Shown here: piece after piece, positions 1 to 13,128 of the stretch | How the letters are laid out: each line of letters starts with the position of its first letter | How positions within the stretch are numbered: the first letter of the stretch is position 1 | Source of the DNA: Bilabrum cf. latius | Lineage: Eukaryota | Assembly: GCA_965178125.1 (NCBI GenBank) | Contig: OZ237769.1 | Location: 248,001 to 312,000, forward strand | Reading direction: 5' to 3' | Length of the DNA stretch: 64,000 nt | Notes under the pieces: generated by a model | Databases searched by the model: none | What the model was told of the DNA's origin: nothing | The model's input: the letters and a program-made list of their open reading frames with translations, nothing else | Translations under genes and position numbers: made by a program

Positions 1-177
1 CAAACTTGTGATGTAATCTTGTCCTGTATGATTCGCACCTTCAATGGTCGAAAGCCACGTTTGCAGGTGACCTGGCCGCTCTGGTACAGGAACCCTTGGT
101 CCTATCATGCTGCCGCTGGAACGACCAGAAGCAGGAGCGCCATGATCGGGCGAATCGCCAGGACGTCGCGGATTCAT
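1..177 (-). CDS. Tandem family member A, N-terminal part (runs off the window)
   Basis: ATG at 177 gives MNPRRPG...RPGHLQTWLSTIEGANHTGQDYITSL. Nt 31-80 are identical to 4185-4234 in member B. Confidence 0.7.
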   Translation of the reverse strand, partial: MNPRRPGDSPDHGAPASGRSSGSMIGPRVPVPERPGHLQTWLSTIEGANHTGQDYITSL

Positions 178-1715
178 ATTCAAAACAAGCAACTCGTTTG
201 GCTTAGTGACTGTTTATCTGCATGGATGGGCTCGAACGGTAGAAAATGGAGCTGGAACCGGTGGCATAAATTATCATTTCGCCTTTTCAAGCGCTTGTTT
301 GAGGATACTGTAGTACTAATATACCAAACTCACCGCAATACGTAACAATTTTGTTTCTGGTGCTTTATAGCAGGAATGATCCGAAGTCGGAGCGTAGTAG
401 GCCTATTGCATCCGCCAATCTCCAGATCCGCTAAGTGCTCGCAACAATGATCCGATGGTGTCTGTGGTGGCTTGGTGACCAGATGGAAATATGGCCTAAA
501 TCTAGAGTACGGTTGACTCGCTATGTATGATTTTAAGGCCTATTCCATTTGTCAGCCACCCCACGAAGAAACCGACCCTTCCCTGGCCTGCTTGCTTGCT
601 CACATCACGGCTGTTGATTCTCGTGAGGACTCACCTACGCCGGCTACCCAGGTATGCCTGAGACTACTTGAAGGCCGCCAGTCACGGCCATGCAGTGTAG
701 GACAGGGTGCAACGGGGCCGCAGCTTCGAGTCGAAGCGCACTAATTGCTCCTTGCAACAAACAAGGGGGAAAGGGGTAGCCAAGGCTCGTGGTAGCACTA
801 CACTACTCCACTGGTAGCACCAGCCTACACGATGCCCACGTCGCCAATGGCTGGCACTGGCATGCCTCATATGACCATGGGGCAGCATGGTGCGCAAATC
901 ATAGCTATAAGCTGCATGGATTTCCGCAGGCGCAATGCTATCCAGGTTGGAGGGGCCTGCAGCATATGCCCAAGCCGCCAGAGGCCAGACGCAGCTGGAA
1001 ACAACAGCAAGGCTGTACGACTTACCGCATCGGATCCCGGATATTTAGACCTTATCTCGTTTTCCCAACAAATGTGTTCCTTCACCACCTTTCGTATTCC
1101 GCTGAAATATGGCTTCCATCCACATCCATGGATCTGAACATGCCACAGAAATTGTCGTCATTGGACCACCAGACAGCCTTTGCCCCGCTTCGTCTTCCTG
1201 CGCTTTCTTGGCTGACTCGTTGCATATTTGCCGACAATGTTTATGGTCACAACTGCTATGCGCGCTTGATAGATGACACACTATAGTCAATTTCTACTGA
1301 GTAGTCGAGCTATCGCACGACAAAGTTGCCGGCTTTGCCCACACGTGTGTACCCCTACCGGTTCCAGTTCCGGCATTGTGGCTCAGGGCAATTACCCAGG
1401 CGTCCACAAACGGCCCAGCTCAGGCGGAATCGTTGAGAGTCCATCAATTGTATTCCAGTCAGGGAAAGCTGTGTAACTTGCCGCTCGTTAGGCCTAGTAA
1501 AGTGCGACTTTCGCTCCGATACGCTAGCAGTAGGTTAGATCATATCACAATGCATCCATGATAGAGCAAGAAGGGCTTGTGCAGTGTAGACATCAGTTCG
1601 ATCACGAACTGTTCTTGATCCGGATTTTGCACGTACAGCTTCCAGTAACGTATTAAACGCACCATCTGAACAACAGGAAGCCGAGCAACAACAATAGCAA
1701 CAGCAACAGCCAGCA

Positions 1716-2224
1716 TCACTTCCCGCCATCCCTTCTCCGCTGCTTCCTTGGCCTCTCATCCTCCTCACTCCCATCACCATCCCTCTCTTTATCCCGACCC
1801 CCAGCCTAGCGGCTGCGCACTCGGCCCAGACCCGTCTCACTCCCTGCTGTCCCCCCAACACACAGATCCCCCCGAATCATCGCAGCTTCCTATCCTTGCC
1901 CAACTCCCTGTGCCCCACTCCATGCCTGCCCCACTTCGGCTGACTGCCCCCACCCGCGGTCGGCATCATCGCCCTGGCCTACCCCTGCCCCATCGTGCAT
2001 GATTGCATTAGATGAAGCAGCACCTGCTGACTGCCCCCACCCGCGGTCGGCATCATCGCCATGGCCTACACCTGCCGCATCGTGCATGATTGCATCAGAT
2101 GAAGCAGCACCGGCTGACTGCCCCCACCCGCGGTCGGCATCATAGCCCTGGCCTACCCTTGCCCCATCGTGCATGATTGCATTAGATGAAGCAGCACCTG
2201 CACCTGATTCATTCATATCATGTG

Positions 2225-2284
<60 letters not shown>

Positions 2285-4301
2285 ATTGCTGCTGCTGCTG
2301 CTATTGCTGCTGCTGCTGCTATTGCTGCTGCTGTTCCTGTGGCATCGGGGCACTCTCAGGCCCAAACTGTTCCTCGTCCGCTTGACCTGCCACAAGCACG
2401 CCATAAGAGTCAGCAGATCCGACCGAACCAGACTCCCAACAACGTCCCCTCAGCGAGCCAGGCAGCGACACACCATCTACATCCGTGCCAGACAAAGACC
2501 CGAGCTGGCTGCCGGCATCCTCACTCGTCACACTCCTACCACTTCTCATCCTGTGGTCATGCATCCGGAGCCATTGCCCAGTCAGCCCCGAGTCCATGCT
2601 CCCCGCCACTGACCCGCCATCACGCGCCTCCCCTTCCCGTCCAGCGCTTGCCATGGCCTCGAGCTGTCTGTGCACGTCAGTGGCATCGGCGTCGCACGAA
2701 TAGTCTATGCCAGTGCCAGCCAGGTGGCTCGTCAGCGGTGCAAGGCGTGCTGCTGGCTGCTGCCTCGGGCTGCGTCTGCTCCTCCACTGATCCTGATCCT
2801 GCACTTGCAACCGGTGTTGCCGGGACTACGTCGCACGGGGTGGGGCAAATCTGCGGCTAGACTCCACCGATCCTGAAGCGTGTGACGAATACAGACCGGG
2901 TCCATCACGACCGTCCATTGTATTCAGGTTCAGTGCCCCCTCCCCGTCCCTTGTTGCCCCCCCGATTACCACGCTCCCCACGGACCCCTCGCTGCTGGGC
3001 GTCCCTCCATCATCGCTATCATCTCTGACGTCGTGCTCGTCTCTGCCGCCGCGCTCAACGTCTTGTCCACCGCGCTCAACATGGTCGGCTTGTGCCACCA
3101 GAGGGGTCCAAGCGGACGGAGAACGCGAAAAGATGGAGGAGGACGGCTACTAGGAAGTGTTCGGGCGTCGGATGGACAGGGGGGGTGCAGTGCCCCACGC
3201 CCTATGGGCTGTTCCCCGTCTTGTTCCCTGAGCAGGAGCCTGGATCCCACTTGTAGGATATTGTGCAGCTGTTCCCTCACCTACCCTGCCTGATTCACCA
3301 AGCCACTGAAGCCTCTGCTCGAGCGGCGCCTCCTCGCCCTCGCCCTCGCCCTCGCCCTCGACCCCATGCGCAAACACCGCGTCTTCAACGCCCTGCTAGT
3401 GCTGGTGCTGCTGCTGGTGCTGCAGTCGGCTGGACGTATCCACGCCCACGGGACTTCTCCGGGGGTCCAGTGGGCTCCCACTCATGCTGAGCCTTCCCTC
3501 CCACTGCTCCCCCCTCGCGTACTAATGTCGGTTCTGCGGGCTAAACTCGGCCTGCACTGTGGCAGCATCAGCGGCATCGGGAGGTGCATCGGACCATCCA
3601 TTGCCAGCTCCAGCCACGCCGAGCACGCGCCCGTGACCAGCCACTGGGAGTGCGAATACCTAATCATCGTGTCCACCATGGCTATCTTGCAGACTGCGAC
3701 GGCCTGCAAAAGCCAAAGACGACGATGTAGATGAAGATGAGACAGTAATTGCCACACCGCGAGCCCAGGCTGCGGCCTGCTGTGCTGATGCTGATGCTGA
3801 TGCTGGTGCTGGTGCTGATGCGTGGCCTTTCGGATGCGATCCTGCCTGGACTTCTGCAGCTGCTGCCTCCAATGCTCTGGGTGACGGTCTCAAGATCTCG
3901 GGCATCTGGGATGGATCCCCGGTGAGGATGGCCTCGCCCAACCATTTGGTAAATTGGCTCTTGGATGATTTGATCCTCTCCTTGATCTAGGTAGCGAGTG
4001 GGTCAAACCATGGCTTCTTATTGATATGGCTCCTGTTGAGAGCTTTCTGCGTAGCTTCCAGGTCCTTCTTGGCCATTGTTTGAGCCTCGATCAACTCGGT
4101 CGATCCGGGCTAGAATCGTCGAGCCGCTGCGATCATTCTTAGAGCGATCGGCTGCACTTTCTAAACATAATTTGTTCCTTTAGAATTCGCACCTTCAATG
4201 GTCGAAAGCCACGTTTGCAGGTGACCTGGCCGCTAGGACTCGGGGACTCTTAGGCCTGTCGTGCCGCCGCCCTGACGACCCGGTCGCGGATCTGCTTCCA
4301 T
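1716..4301 (-). CDS. Tandem family member B, 861 aa, with polyQ and low-complexity tail (TAG read as sense)
   Basis: One frame from ATG 4301 to TGA 1716, interrupted only by 15 TAG (e.g. 4233, 4161, 3660, 2319, 2301, 2283). Joins ORF-track pieces 3660-3941, 3150-3377, 2826-3098, 2319-2810 and 1890-2216. Has the family motif FTKWLGEAILTGDPSQMPEILRP and a basic end RPRKQRRRDGGK. Confidence 0.8.
1940..2200. repeat. About 3 copies of an 87-bp coding repeat
   Basis: GATGAAGCAGCAC recurs at 87-bp spacing. Encodes GAASSNAIMHDGAGVGQGDDADRGWGQSA on the minus strand. Confidence 0.85.
2226..2333. repeat. (CTG)n/(CAG)n microsatellite encoding polyQ on the minus strand, with three CAA-TAG interruptions
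   Basis: Seen directly. The minus strand reads cag cag caa tag cag cag cag cag caa tag... Confidence 0.95.
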
Positions 4302-5581
4302 GATATATATATATCAAGTGTCACCCGCAATTATATGTCTGGACAGCGACAGTCTGCGCCATTGAGCCAATACGATAAAGGGCGTCGGTGGCAAAAATTG
4401 TTCAGCATCCCAGGCAAACTGAATCCTATCACAACCCGGGCAACTTGGGCCAAAAATGATTACATGATACTATACTTAGCTCACTCTATGGCGGTGCAGC
4501 GTTCTTGTTAAGAGCTTGTAGCCAGAGCGATATGACGCCGGTGCCCGAGTCCACCGAGTATCTCAAAGATGCACTTTTCATTGATCAGAAAATGACACTG
4601 CGTAGCACTAGCGTTGCGACGCCTGTAGGAGCCATTGGCCCCATTCAAATCGTCCAGTCACCCAACAAACTTTTACATTCCACTGGATCAGAGCATATCA
4701 CGAAAATGGCTTGACGCTAGGATCCAGAGAGAGGCACTGGCGGCGTAGACAGGAGTGCGAGAGACCCGGCCACGGCTGTGCACTGAATTAGTACAGCGGA
4801 AGGCGAGTCCAGCACTGCAAATCCACGCTATCCTCCCGCCGGGCTAGTCAGGGCACGAACTTCCCCTACACAACGATACACGGAGACGGTATGCTGTTGG
4901 GGAGGGCCTCCTACCACCCCCCTCACCCCCCTCCCGCATGGTCCCATTTTGCATGTTTCATTGGCACTGGACTGCAAGGTGGGGTATCCAAAAGGGATTA
5001 CATACGACACTAAGGCTGCTCGGGGCGCAAACTACGGCCATCTGTAGTAGTCGCTCCCGCACGTACCATGCCGCACAAGTCTACCAAGTCTGCTCGCGCA
5101 AACTGCGTGAAGTCACCAAAGTGGTCGCGAGATGAAACTTTGCTTGATCAGGTCTTTATTATTCAAAGAATTTGACAGGAAACCGGAAATCGAAGAAAGA
5201 AAGTCGGACTCGGAGCCTCGACAAGACTTTTCCCACCTCAAAAGCTGCGATTCACAACTACAACTTGCCACACAAACAGAAAGCCGTAGTTGCAGAGGCA
5301 GCTTTATCACCTGCTTGACAATCATCAAGACACTCTCAGGACAGAGATATCCACTTGACGAGCCAAGACCGTGTTTCCAAAACGCCAGTTGGCCGTGGAA
5401 TTTGCAAGGTTGGTTGTGTTCTCAGCGGTAGTTGCACCAATCCTTGCCTACCTAGATTACCCTGGGTAAGTGAATGCCCCAGTAGTTCTCGTAGTACCTG
5501 GACCACATATTCAATTATTAATTTCCTGTCTCGAAAAGCATGAAATCCGGACGTTGCAGGAAGGGGTACTGACTTGACAAC

Positions 5582-7375
5582 ATGGCAGAATTCAAAGCAT
5601 CCGATTTCAACGGGAACTGGTCAGGAGCGAAAACCGCAAAGTGCAAGTCCAGTAGTGACTTACACCGCAGGCACGCCCTGGACAAGGAGATACTGGCTCA
5701 GAGGCTGAACTTGATCACGGACAAGGCCTCTCTGCCAGAGAGAGACTTTAAGGCATTGAGGAAGATGGTCAATGACGGGACCATCAACATGCACAGCCAC
5801 CTGTCAGCTGCCCAGAACGTAGGGCTAACTGCATTGCAGAGAGACAAGCTGGGAATTCCTTACACGCGATCGGTCTCGGACAAGAGCAGCGTGGGCAAAA
5901 TCGTATCGTCTGCAAAGACTGGCACCCAGGCAGTGCTGACAAGCCAGGAGGCCTCCCACCAGCTCAAGGGTGTGCACACTCTGGTACTGGCAAAAGGTAA
6001 GTACCCGGAGATATCGGAGCTGCTGGACGATTTGATCGCGGCATCCATCGCTCAGCTCAACAATGCGTACGTCGTCCACTGCAAGCGGCACCCTGACGGG
6101 AGCAAGGTGTCATTGGGCGAGAGGATCGAGAAGGACCTGCTGCGGAAAGACGGAGCTCACGCCCTGTCAAAGACCAAGGCGAAGGTGGCACAGCTCAACA
6201 AGGGCGTCAAGATCGCCAGTACATCATCCGGCCCGGCAAGGGGAAAGAGCAGTAGATCGTCCGGCCCGGCAAGGGGAAAGAGCAGTAGGTCGTCCGGCCC
6301 GGCAAGGGGATAGAGCAGAACTGCTGTCAAAGCCAGGGACGTGGTAGCTAAGGTCAGGGGTGTCGTTTCTAAAGCAAGGAGCAGTGCCGCGACAGCTCGA
6401 AGCATCGGTGCCAAAATGATAGGTGCCCCAAAGGGAAGCTCGGACACGGGCAAGAGGGGGACTGGTCGTGGCATTGGTAGGAGCAGCAACCTGCATACCA
6501 GCAAGCGCACCACTGCACGAGACACCAGCAGGCGCACCGCTGTTTGGGACACCAGTGGGCGCACCACCGCACGAGACACCAGCAGGCGCACCGCTGACTG
6601 CGACACCAGTGGGCGCACCACTGCACGAGACACCAGCAGGCGCACCGCTGTTTGGGACACCAGTGGGCGCACCACCGCACGAGACACCAGCAGGCGCACC
6701 GCTGTTTGGGACACCAGTGGACGCACCACCGCACGAGACACCAGCAGGCGCACCGCTGACTGCGACACCAGTGGGCGCACCACTGCACGAGACACCAGCA
6801 GGCGCACCGCTGACTGCGACACCAGTGGGCGCACCACTGCACGAGACACCAGCAGGCGCACCGCTGTTTGGGACACCAGTGGACGCACCACCGCACGAGA
6901 CACCAGCAGGCGCACCGCTGACTGCGACACCAGTGGGCGCACCACTGCACGAGACACCAGCAGGCGCACCGCTGTTTGGGACACCAGTGGGCGCACCACC
7001 GCACGAGACACCAGCAGGCGCACCGCTGTTTGGGACACCAGTGGACGCACCACCGCACGAGACACCAGCATATTCGGACATTTGTGGGCCGACAGATCTA
7101 TTCTGCCACTCGCGGGGCCCTATGAGGCGCAGAGGCGTCAAACGAGCACTTACGTGTCATAGCGAGCGCCCACAGCAGACTGGTTTAGCCGCGGCATCCA
7201 CACAGTCGTTGCCCCTCCCACCATACCCATGGCGCCGGTTGCCCCAGTGATGACTGGACCATCCTTCACCTCTGGAACTGTGGTAGGGTATTCGGCACGA
7301 GGGCATGCGATGTACACGGGCCCGAGGGGTGGGACGTACCACGTCTCTCCAGGCGGCAACCGGGTATACCACTGA
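5582..7375 (+). CDS. Hypothetical basic protein, 597 aa, with 18-aa tandem repeats and a C-terminal PBCV basic-adaptor-like motif
   Basis: ORFs 5582-6313 and 6341-7162 are in the same frame, separated by TAG 6311. Reading through TAG 7160 reaches TGA 7373 and adds GYSARGHAMYTGPRGGTYHVSPGGNRVYH. Confidence 0.75.
6505..7069. repeat. 54-bp (2 x 27-bp) coding minisatellite, about 10.5 copies
   Basis: Alternating cgcaccac(t/c)gcacgagacaccagcagg and cgcaccgctgtttgggacaccagtgg(g/a) or cgcaccgctgactgcgacaccagtggg. Encodes RTTARDTSR-RTAVWDTSG/RTADCDTSG. Confidence 0.95.
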
Positions 7376-7564
7376 GTCGGCGTGGGGTTGACACACATCC
7401 ACTGAGTCGGATTGGATGCGGTGCGCGACTAGGAAGTTGATGAATGCATAAGATTTTGTCTGCAATCTATGGGTTCGTATTCAACTCGCATTTACCCTTA
7501 ATACTATCCATATGTCTAAAATCCTATTCTGGTGATTTCTGCTGCGGCTGCTGCAGTCACAGCT

Positions 7565-9259
7565 TCACTCGACCCGGGTGCGCTTGGCCATCCTATGCGA
7601 ACGGCCAAAGTGTTCCTCACCCGGCTGTGGCTGGAGCAAGTCGCCCGACTCTCCAGCGCCGAACGAAGGTTGGCACGCAGGGCTGTGACCGCCTGCTCGC
7701 TCCTGGTCCAGGTTAATCTCAGCGCGGTCTCGCTTCCTGCCTATCGGCAGACGCGCGCTTGTTCTACCAGCAGCACTGAAAGTCGTCACGATTAGGCTAG
7801 CTGCTCCCGCACCCGCATCGATACCAGCCACACCTGCACTCGTGCCTGTACCTGTGGTGAACTCCCTCGATTGGGTCTCGCTCTCCATCGAGGCCATAGA
7901 GACAGCGCGGTGGCGGGCCCGGGACACGGCTGCCTCTGCCAGACACTTCAGATTGGATGGCTGCCGCCCGCTCGCACGCAAGGCTCGCCAGGAGCCAACG
8001 ATCGGTTGCATGGCTTGCTGGGGTGCAGGAGGACCCATTGCAGCACCGATTAATCGCTGGCCATACTGACCAGATCCACGCGCCTGTTGAATGACACCGT
8101 CAGTGGTTTGTCTTACAATTGCAATCTCATCTCGACTGAGCTCGGCGGACCATTGTCCGGATGTATCTGGCCTGGATGGGTCAGAAGGGATCCGGACTGG
8201 CTGCATGTGGCACATGCCCCGCCGAAAGGCAGCTTGCACCATGCGCTCAACCGATCGGGCGGGGTGTCCAGCCTCAGAGTACGTGCCCATCAAGTGATGC
8301 ACGTGTCGCGGGTCGTTGGCTGCAGCCAGGCGACGCGCACTCCCAGGAGGGAATGTTGCAGGGAAGTGCTCCTCCCGTGATGACGATGGTTCGGGATCAT
8401 GCGACAGCACTGGATGTGTCCACGATGAGGATGATGACGATGTTTCGGGATCATGCGACTGCACTGGATGTGTCCAAGATGAGGATGATGACGATGGAAC
8501 GGGATCATGCGATAGCACTGGATGTGTCCATGCCGAGGATGACGAGGATGACGAGGATGACCACGCACATGAATCCGGCCGTGCGTTGCCCATGCTAGTG
8601 AAGATCGCATCGGTTTGGAGCACCGGGGCAGCGCCATGGTCCACCACCTTGCTGCTGGACGCGGATGCAACGCTGCCTAGTGGGCCACTACCACGTAGTG
8701 CACCAGCAGATGCAAGGCTGCTTAGCTGGCCAACCCCGATCGTGCCCTCGCGGTTCAAGGTTGCAGTACCACTTGAGGCACCATCAAGACCTCCGCGATG
8801 CGGCTCAGCAACATCTAGATCCAACTATTCTGTTTGATGGACGGCAGGCTGCTTCAAAATGGGTGGCATGAAGTCAGGATTGCCCTGCAGAATCGACTAT
8901 CCCAGCCAACGTGTAAACGTATTCTAGCGGATACCAGCTTTTTCGCTGAGTTTTTTGCGCAGTTCGCCATACCAGCAGACGTTCTTATACTTGCTCCGTA
9001 GCAGGGCTTTCTGGCTGCTGCGCAATCTCTTCTGCAGCTGTTGCTGGAGTGTCTCTCGAGCTTTTAGGTGGTCGAACTTGCCCGACTGGTAGGCCTGCGA
9101 GCTTATGCTCGCAATCTCTTGGATCCTTTCTACGTACTTCGCTCCCGCTGGACATGAAATTTGAGTTTGCGTCAGCCATGTTTGCAGCTTGGTCACTTGT
9201 GCTGGCTTGAGAAGCGTTGGTGTCCAGACTGCTGAATCTCTTTGGGCGCTCGTTTCCAT
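7565..9259 (-). CDS. Tandem family member C, 564 aa
   Basis: ORF 8924-9259 continues through TAG 8924, 8897 and 8825 (GIR*NTFTRWLG*SILQGNPDFMPPILKQP) into ORF 7565-8824, which ends in TGA. Contains a 57-bp repeat (x3) at about 8380-8555. Confidence 0.8.
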
Positions 9260-9913
9260 GTTCCTTTCTACGATAGAGTAAGAACGGTCACTCTTGCATT
9301 ATAAACCATACTATTTCGGTTAATACGAGCAACCATGAGTTTGGTACCGTTCTAGGTAACTCAATGCCACGTTCCAGTGGAAAATCAAGAGTGTAGTTGT
9401 CAGTACAAAGCACTACTGACAGGCAATTATAAGCATTTGTCGATCAATCAGAACCATACTCACAGTGTATCTCCAATTATTTCTGTTGGCTTTCTCAATG
9501 TAAACAAATTTCGCTCAATAGCAACCATCGAATTCCCCGAAGTCTCCTTGGACATTCGACTCCGAATGGCGTGGGCAAACACCTGTGCACAGGCAGGCAG
9601 GTATATGGCTGCGTCATGAGGCGTACCAACGCGACGCTGGACATCTGCCACTACTAGAGCTAGTAGGCAAGGACATTCACGCCCTTTGTTCGCTGTGATC
9701 ACCACTGTAGATAGGCTTACAGCGAGCAGCCAAGATATGAGCGCAACGAGCGCTGCCAGCTTGATTGCGATCCGCTGCACGTAACCTGTCCAACTTGACC
9801 AGCGCAAGACTACCGCCAACCAGAAGTCCGAATATGGGGTGCATCTGAGTCATATATATTCCAATTATCAAGCCAAAATTAGTTGTCTGAAATTTTTCGA
9901 AGCACTGCGACCA

Positions 9914-11207
9914 TCACGTCCGCCTGCTCTTCAAGACCTTCTCTTGATCATCCTGCTCCTCAAAACCAGTACCCGGACATTCGCTACCAGTGGTGGCAAC
10001 ATCACCAGTACCAGTGGTAGCCGCTGCGTTTCGCACACTGGCACCGGCACCGGATGATACTTGACTGTACCCGTCACTCATCTCTGATACTGCTACTCGT
10101 GCCGATTCCTCTGCCATCTCCACTTCGTCCCTGTCACGCTTTGCTCCGATCACCGGTGGTGCCCCTGCGCCTGCACCCCCATGCATCCCAGCACCCACTG
10201 GCTGGCCCTGCCCCGCGCCTGTACCCCCATGCATCCCAGCACCCACTGGCTGGCCCGGCCCCGCGCCTGCACCCCCATGCATCCCAGCACCCACTGGCTG
10301 GCCCTGCCCCTCGCCTGTACCCCCATGCATCCCAGCACCGACTGGCTGGCCCTGCCCCGCGCCTGTACCGCCGTGCATCCCAGCACCCACTGGCTGGCCC
10401 GGCCCCGCGCCTGTACCCCCATGCATCCCAGCACCGACTGGCTGGCCCGGCCCCGCGCCTGTACCCTCATGCATCCCAGCACCCACTGGCTGGCCCGGCC
10501 CCGCGCCTGTACCCCCGTGCATCCCAGCACCCACTGGCTGGCCCTGCCCCTGCGCCTGTACCCTCATGCATCCCAGCACCCACTGGCTGGCCCTGCCCCG
10601 CGCCTGTACCGCCGTGCATCCCAGCACTTACTGGCTGGCCCTGCCCCGCGCCTGTACCGCCGTGCATCCCAGCACCCACTGGCTGGCCCTGCCCCGCGCC
10701 TGCACCGCCGTGCATCCCAGCACCCGCTGGCTGGAGCCCATCGAGAAGTCTCTCTACTGTACGTGGTGCTGGTCTCAAGATCTCGGGCATCTGGGATGGG
10801 TCCCCTGATAGAATGGTCCTGTGCAGCCAAAGATCAAAGGTGTGTTGACGCAACCATGGAGCCCGCAGCGGCATGATTTTGCACAGCCTAGAGTACCAGT
10901 GAACCTTGTTAATCTTACTTCTGTGTAAGCCTTTCTGGATTTCCATGAACTGGCGTCGTAGCGTGGTGATGTCCGCCTACCTCGCTATGTCCGCTGCAGC
11001 TGCATCCATCGTTGCACGCCGTCTTGCCAACGCAATGCTATACGCAGCAAGGTCTTGTATTCTATGCGCGTATTCTCGCCCTCTCTCCGAGTGTCGTTGA
11101 ATGCAGTACAGCCATGCCTGGACCAACCGGTTGCGTTCATCAGGCAGTATTCGATACCGGCGGAGTTGAGGTTGGCACCGCGCAGGCCGTCCACTACCCT
11201 TTTTCAT
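9914..11207 (-). pseudogene. Tandem family member D, with a 1-nt frameshift in the VNTR (pseudogene or assembly error)
   Basis: Near-identical to member E. Starts MKKGSGRPARC and has TAG at 10977. An extra base in a repeat unit near 10551 shifts the frame from ORF 10467-10946 to ORF 9914-10627. Confidence 0.6.
10165..10735. repeat. 48-bp VNTR, about 12 copies
   Basis: Encodes GAGMH(G/E)G(T/A)GAG(P/Q)GQPV on the minus strand. The same unit recurs at 11820-12290 and 13365-13557. Confidence 0.95.
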
Positions 11208-11580
11208 ATCTGCACCAGCACGTTCAGATGCTGCTTCGTAATGTTTTGTCGCGATGTATGATACCTGCGGAAGCAACAATCACGCATAATTTTCTATTTG
11301 CTTTGCTGGCAGTGATATCACAGGAATGTCGTTGCATGCGTATCCACAACGGATCTCTTCAATCGGCGAGCTGTCTGGATACTATTGAACCCTCTCACCT
11401 CAGTGCGACAATAACAATGTGCTCCGGTGACTTGTGCGTTCTCAAGAATCCAGATCTGATCTGTCTGTCGGGTTTGGCCGGGTGCAGCGCACGCAGGCGA
11501 TTAAATCAAACCGGAAAAATCAGCGTGTTAAACTTTGAATGCGATGCTCTATTTACAAAATATGTGCTGCACTGCGACCA

Positions 11581-12762
11581 TCACGTCCGCCTGCGCTTCG
11601 AGCCCTTCTCTTGCTCATCCTGCTCCTCACAACCAGTGTGCTCGCTGCCAGTGGCTGCATCACCAGTACTAGTGGTAGCCGCTAAGTTTCGCGCACTGGC
11701 ACCGGATGATGCTTGACTGCACCTGTCACTCATCTCTGATACTACCACTCGTGCCGATTCCTCTGCCATCTCCACTTCGCCCCTGTCACGCTTTGCTCCG
11801 ATCACCGGTGATGCCCCTGCGCCTGTACCCTCATGCATCCCAGCACCCACTGGCTGGCCCGGCCCCGCGCCTGCACCCTCATGCATCCCAGCACCCACTG
11901 GCTGGCCCTGCCCCGCACCTGTACCCCCGTGCATCCCAGCACCCACTGGCTGGCCCTGCCCCGCGCCTGCACCCTCATGCATCCCAGCACCCACTGGCTG
12001 GCCCGGCCCCGCGCCTGTACCGCCGTGCATCCCAGCACCCACTGGCTGGCCCGGCCCCGCGCCTGCACCCTCATGCATCCCAGCACCCACTGGCTGGCCC
12101 GGCCCCGCGCCTGTACCCTCATGCATCCCAGCACCCACTGGCTGGCCCGGCCCCGCGCCTGCACCCTCATGCATCCGAGCACCCACTGGCTGGCCCGGCC
12201 CCGCGCCTGTACCCCCGTGCATCCCAGCACCCACTGGCTGGCCCGGCCCCGCGCCTGTACCCCCGTGCATCCCAGCGCCCACTGGCTGGAGCCCATCGAG
12301 ATGTCTCTCTACTGCACGTGGTGCTGGTCTCAAGATCTCGGGCATCTGGCTTGGGTCCCCTGATAGAATGGCATCGTGCAGCCACCGACTGAAGGTGTGT
12401 CGACGCAACATTGGAGCCCGCAGCGGCATGATGTTACACAGCTCAGAGTACCAGCATACCGTATTAATCTTACTTCTGTATATGCGTTTCTGGATTCTCA
12501 TGAACTGGCGTCCTAGCGTGGTGATGTCCGCCTACCTCGCTGTGACCGCTGCAGCTGCATCCATCGTTGCACGCCGTCTTGCCAACGCAATGCTATACGC
12601 AGCAAGGTCTTGTATTCTATGCGCGTATTCTCGCCCTCTCTCCGAGTGTCGTTGAATGCAGTACAGCCATGCCTGGACCAACTGGTTGCGTTCAGCAGGC
12701 CGTATTCGATACCGGCGGAGTTGAGGTTGGCACCGCGCAGGCCGTCCACTGCCCTTTTTCAT
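11581..12762 (-). CDS. Tandem family member E, 393 aa
   Basis: ORFs 12532-12762 and 11581-12501 are in frame, joined across TAG 12532. Has WYSELC...FSRWLHDAILSGDPSQMPEILRP, then the 16-aa repeats, and ends KRRRT-TGA. Confidence 0.8.
11820..12290. repeat. 48-bp VNTR, about 10 copies
   Basis: Same unit as 10165-10735. Confidence 0.95.
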
Positions 12763-13128
12763 ATCTGCACCAGCACGTTCAGATGCTGCTTCGTAATGTT
12801 TTGCCGCGATGTATTATACCTGCGGAAGCAACAATCACGCATAATTTTCTATTTGCTTTGCTGGCAGTGATATCACAGTGTCGTTGCATATCCACAACGG
12901 ATCTCTTCAATCGGCGAGCTGTCTGGATACTATTGAACCCTCTCACCTCAGTGCGACAATTAAAATATGCTCCAGTGACTTGTGCGTTCTCAAGAATGCA
13001 GATCTGATCTGTCTGTCGGGTTTGGCCGGGTGCAGCGCATGCAGGCGATTAAATCAAACCGGAAAAATCAGCGTGTTAAACTTTGAATGCGATGCTCTAT
13101 TTACAAAATGTGTGCTGCACTGCGACCA

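Noticed and set aside
4400-5560. Short ORFs upstream of the 5582 gene (also 500-1560 and 9377-9870)
   Set aside because: No recognisable motifs or consistent frame even with TAG readthrough; left unannotated.
6505-7069. Alternating 27-bp units as a CRISPR-like repeat-spacer array
   Set aside because: The 'spacers' are only two recurring variants, and the array is an in-frame coding minisatellite.
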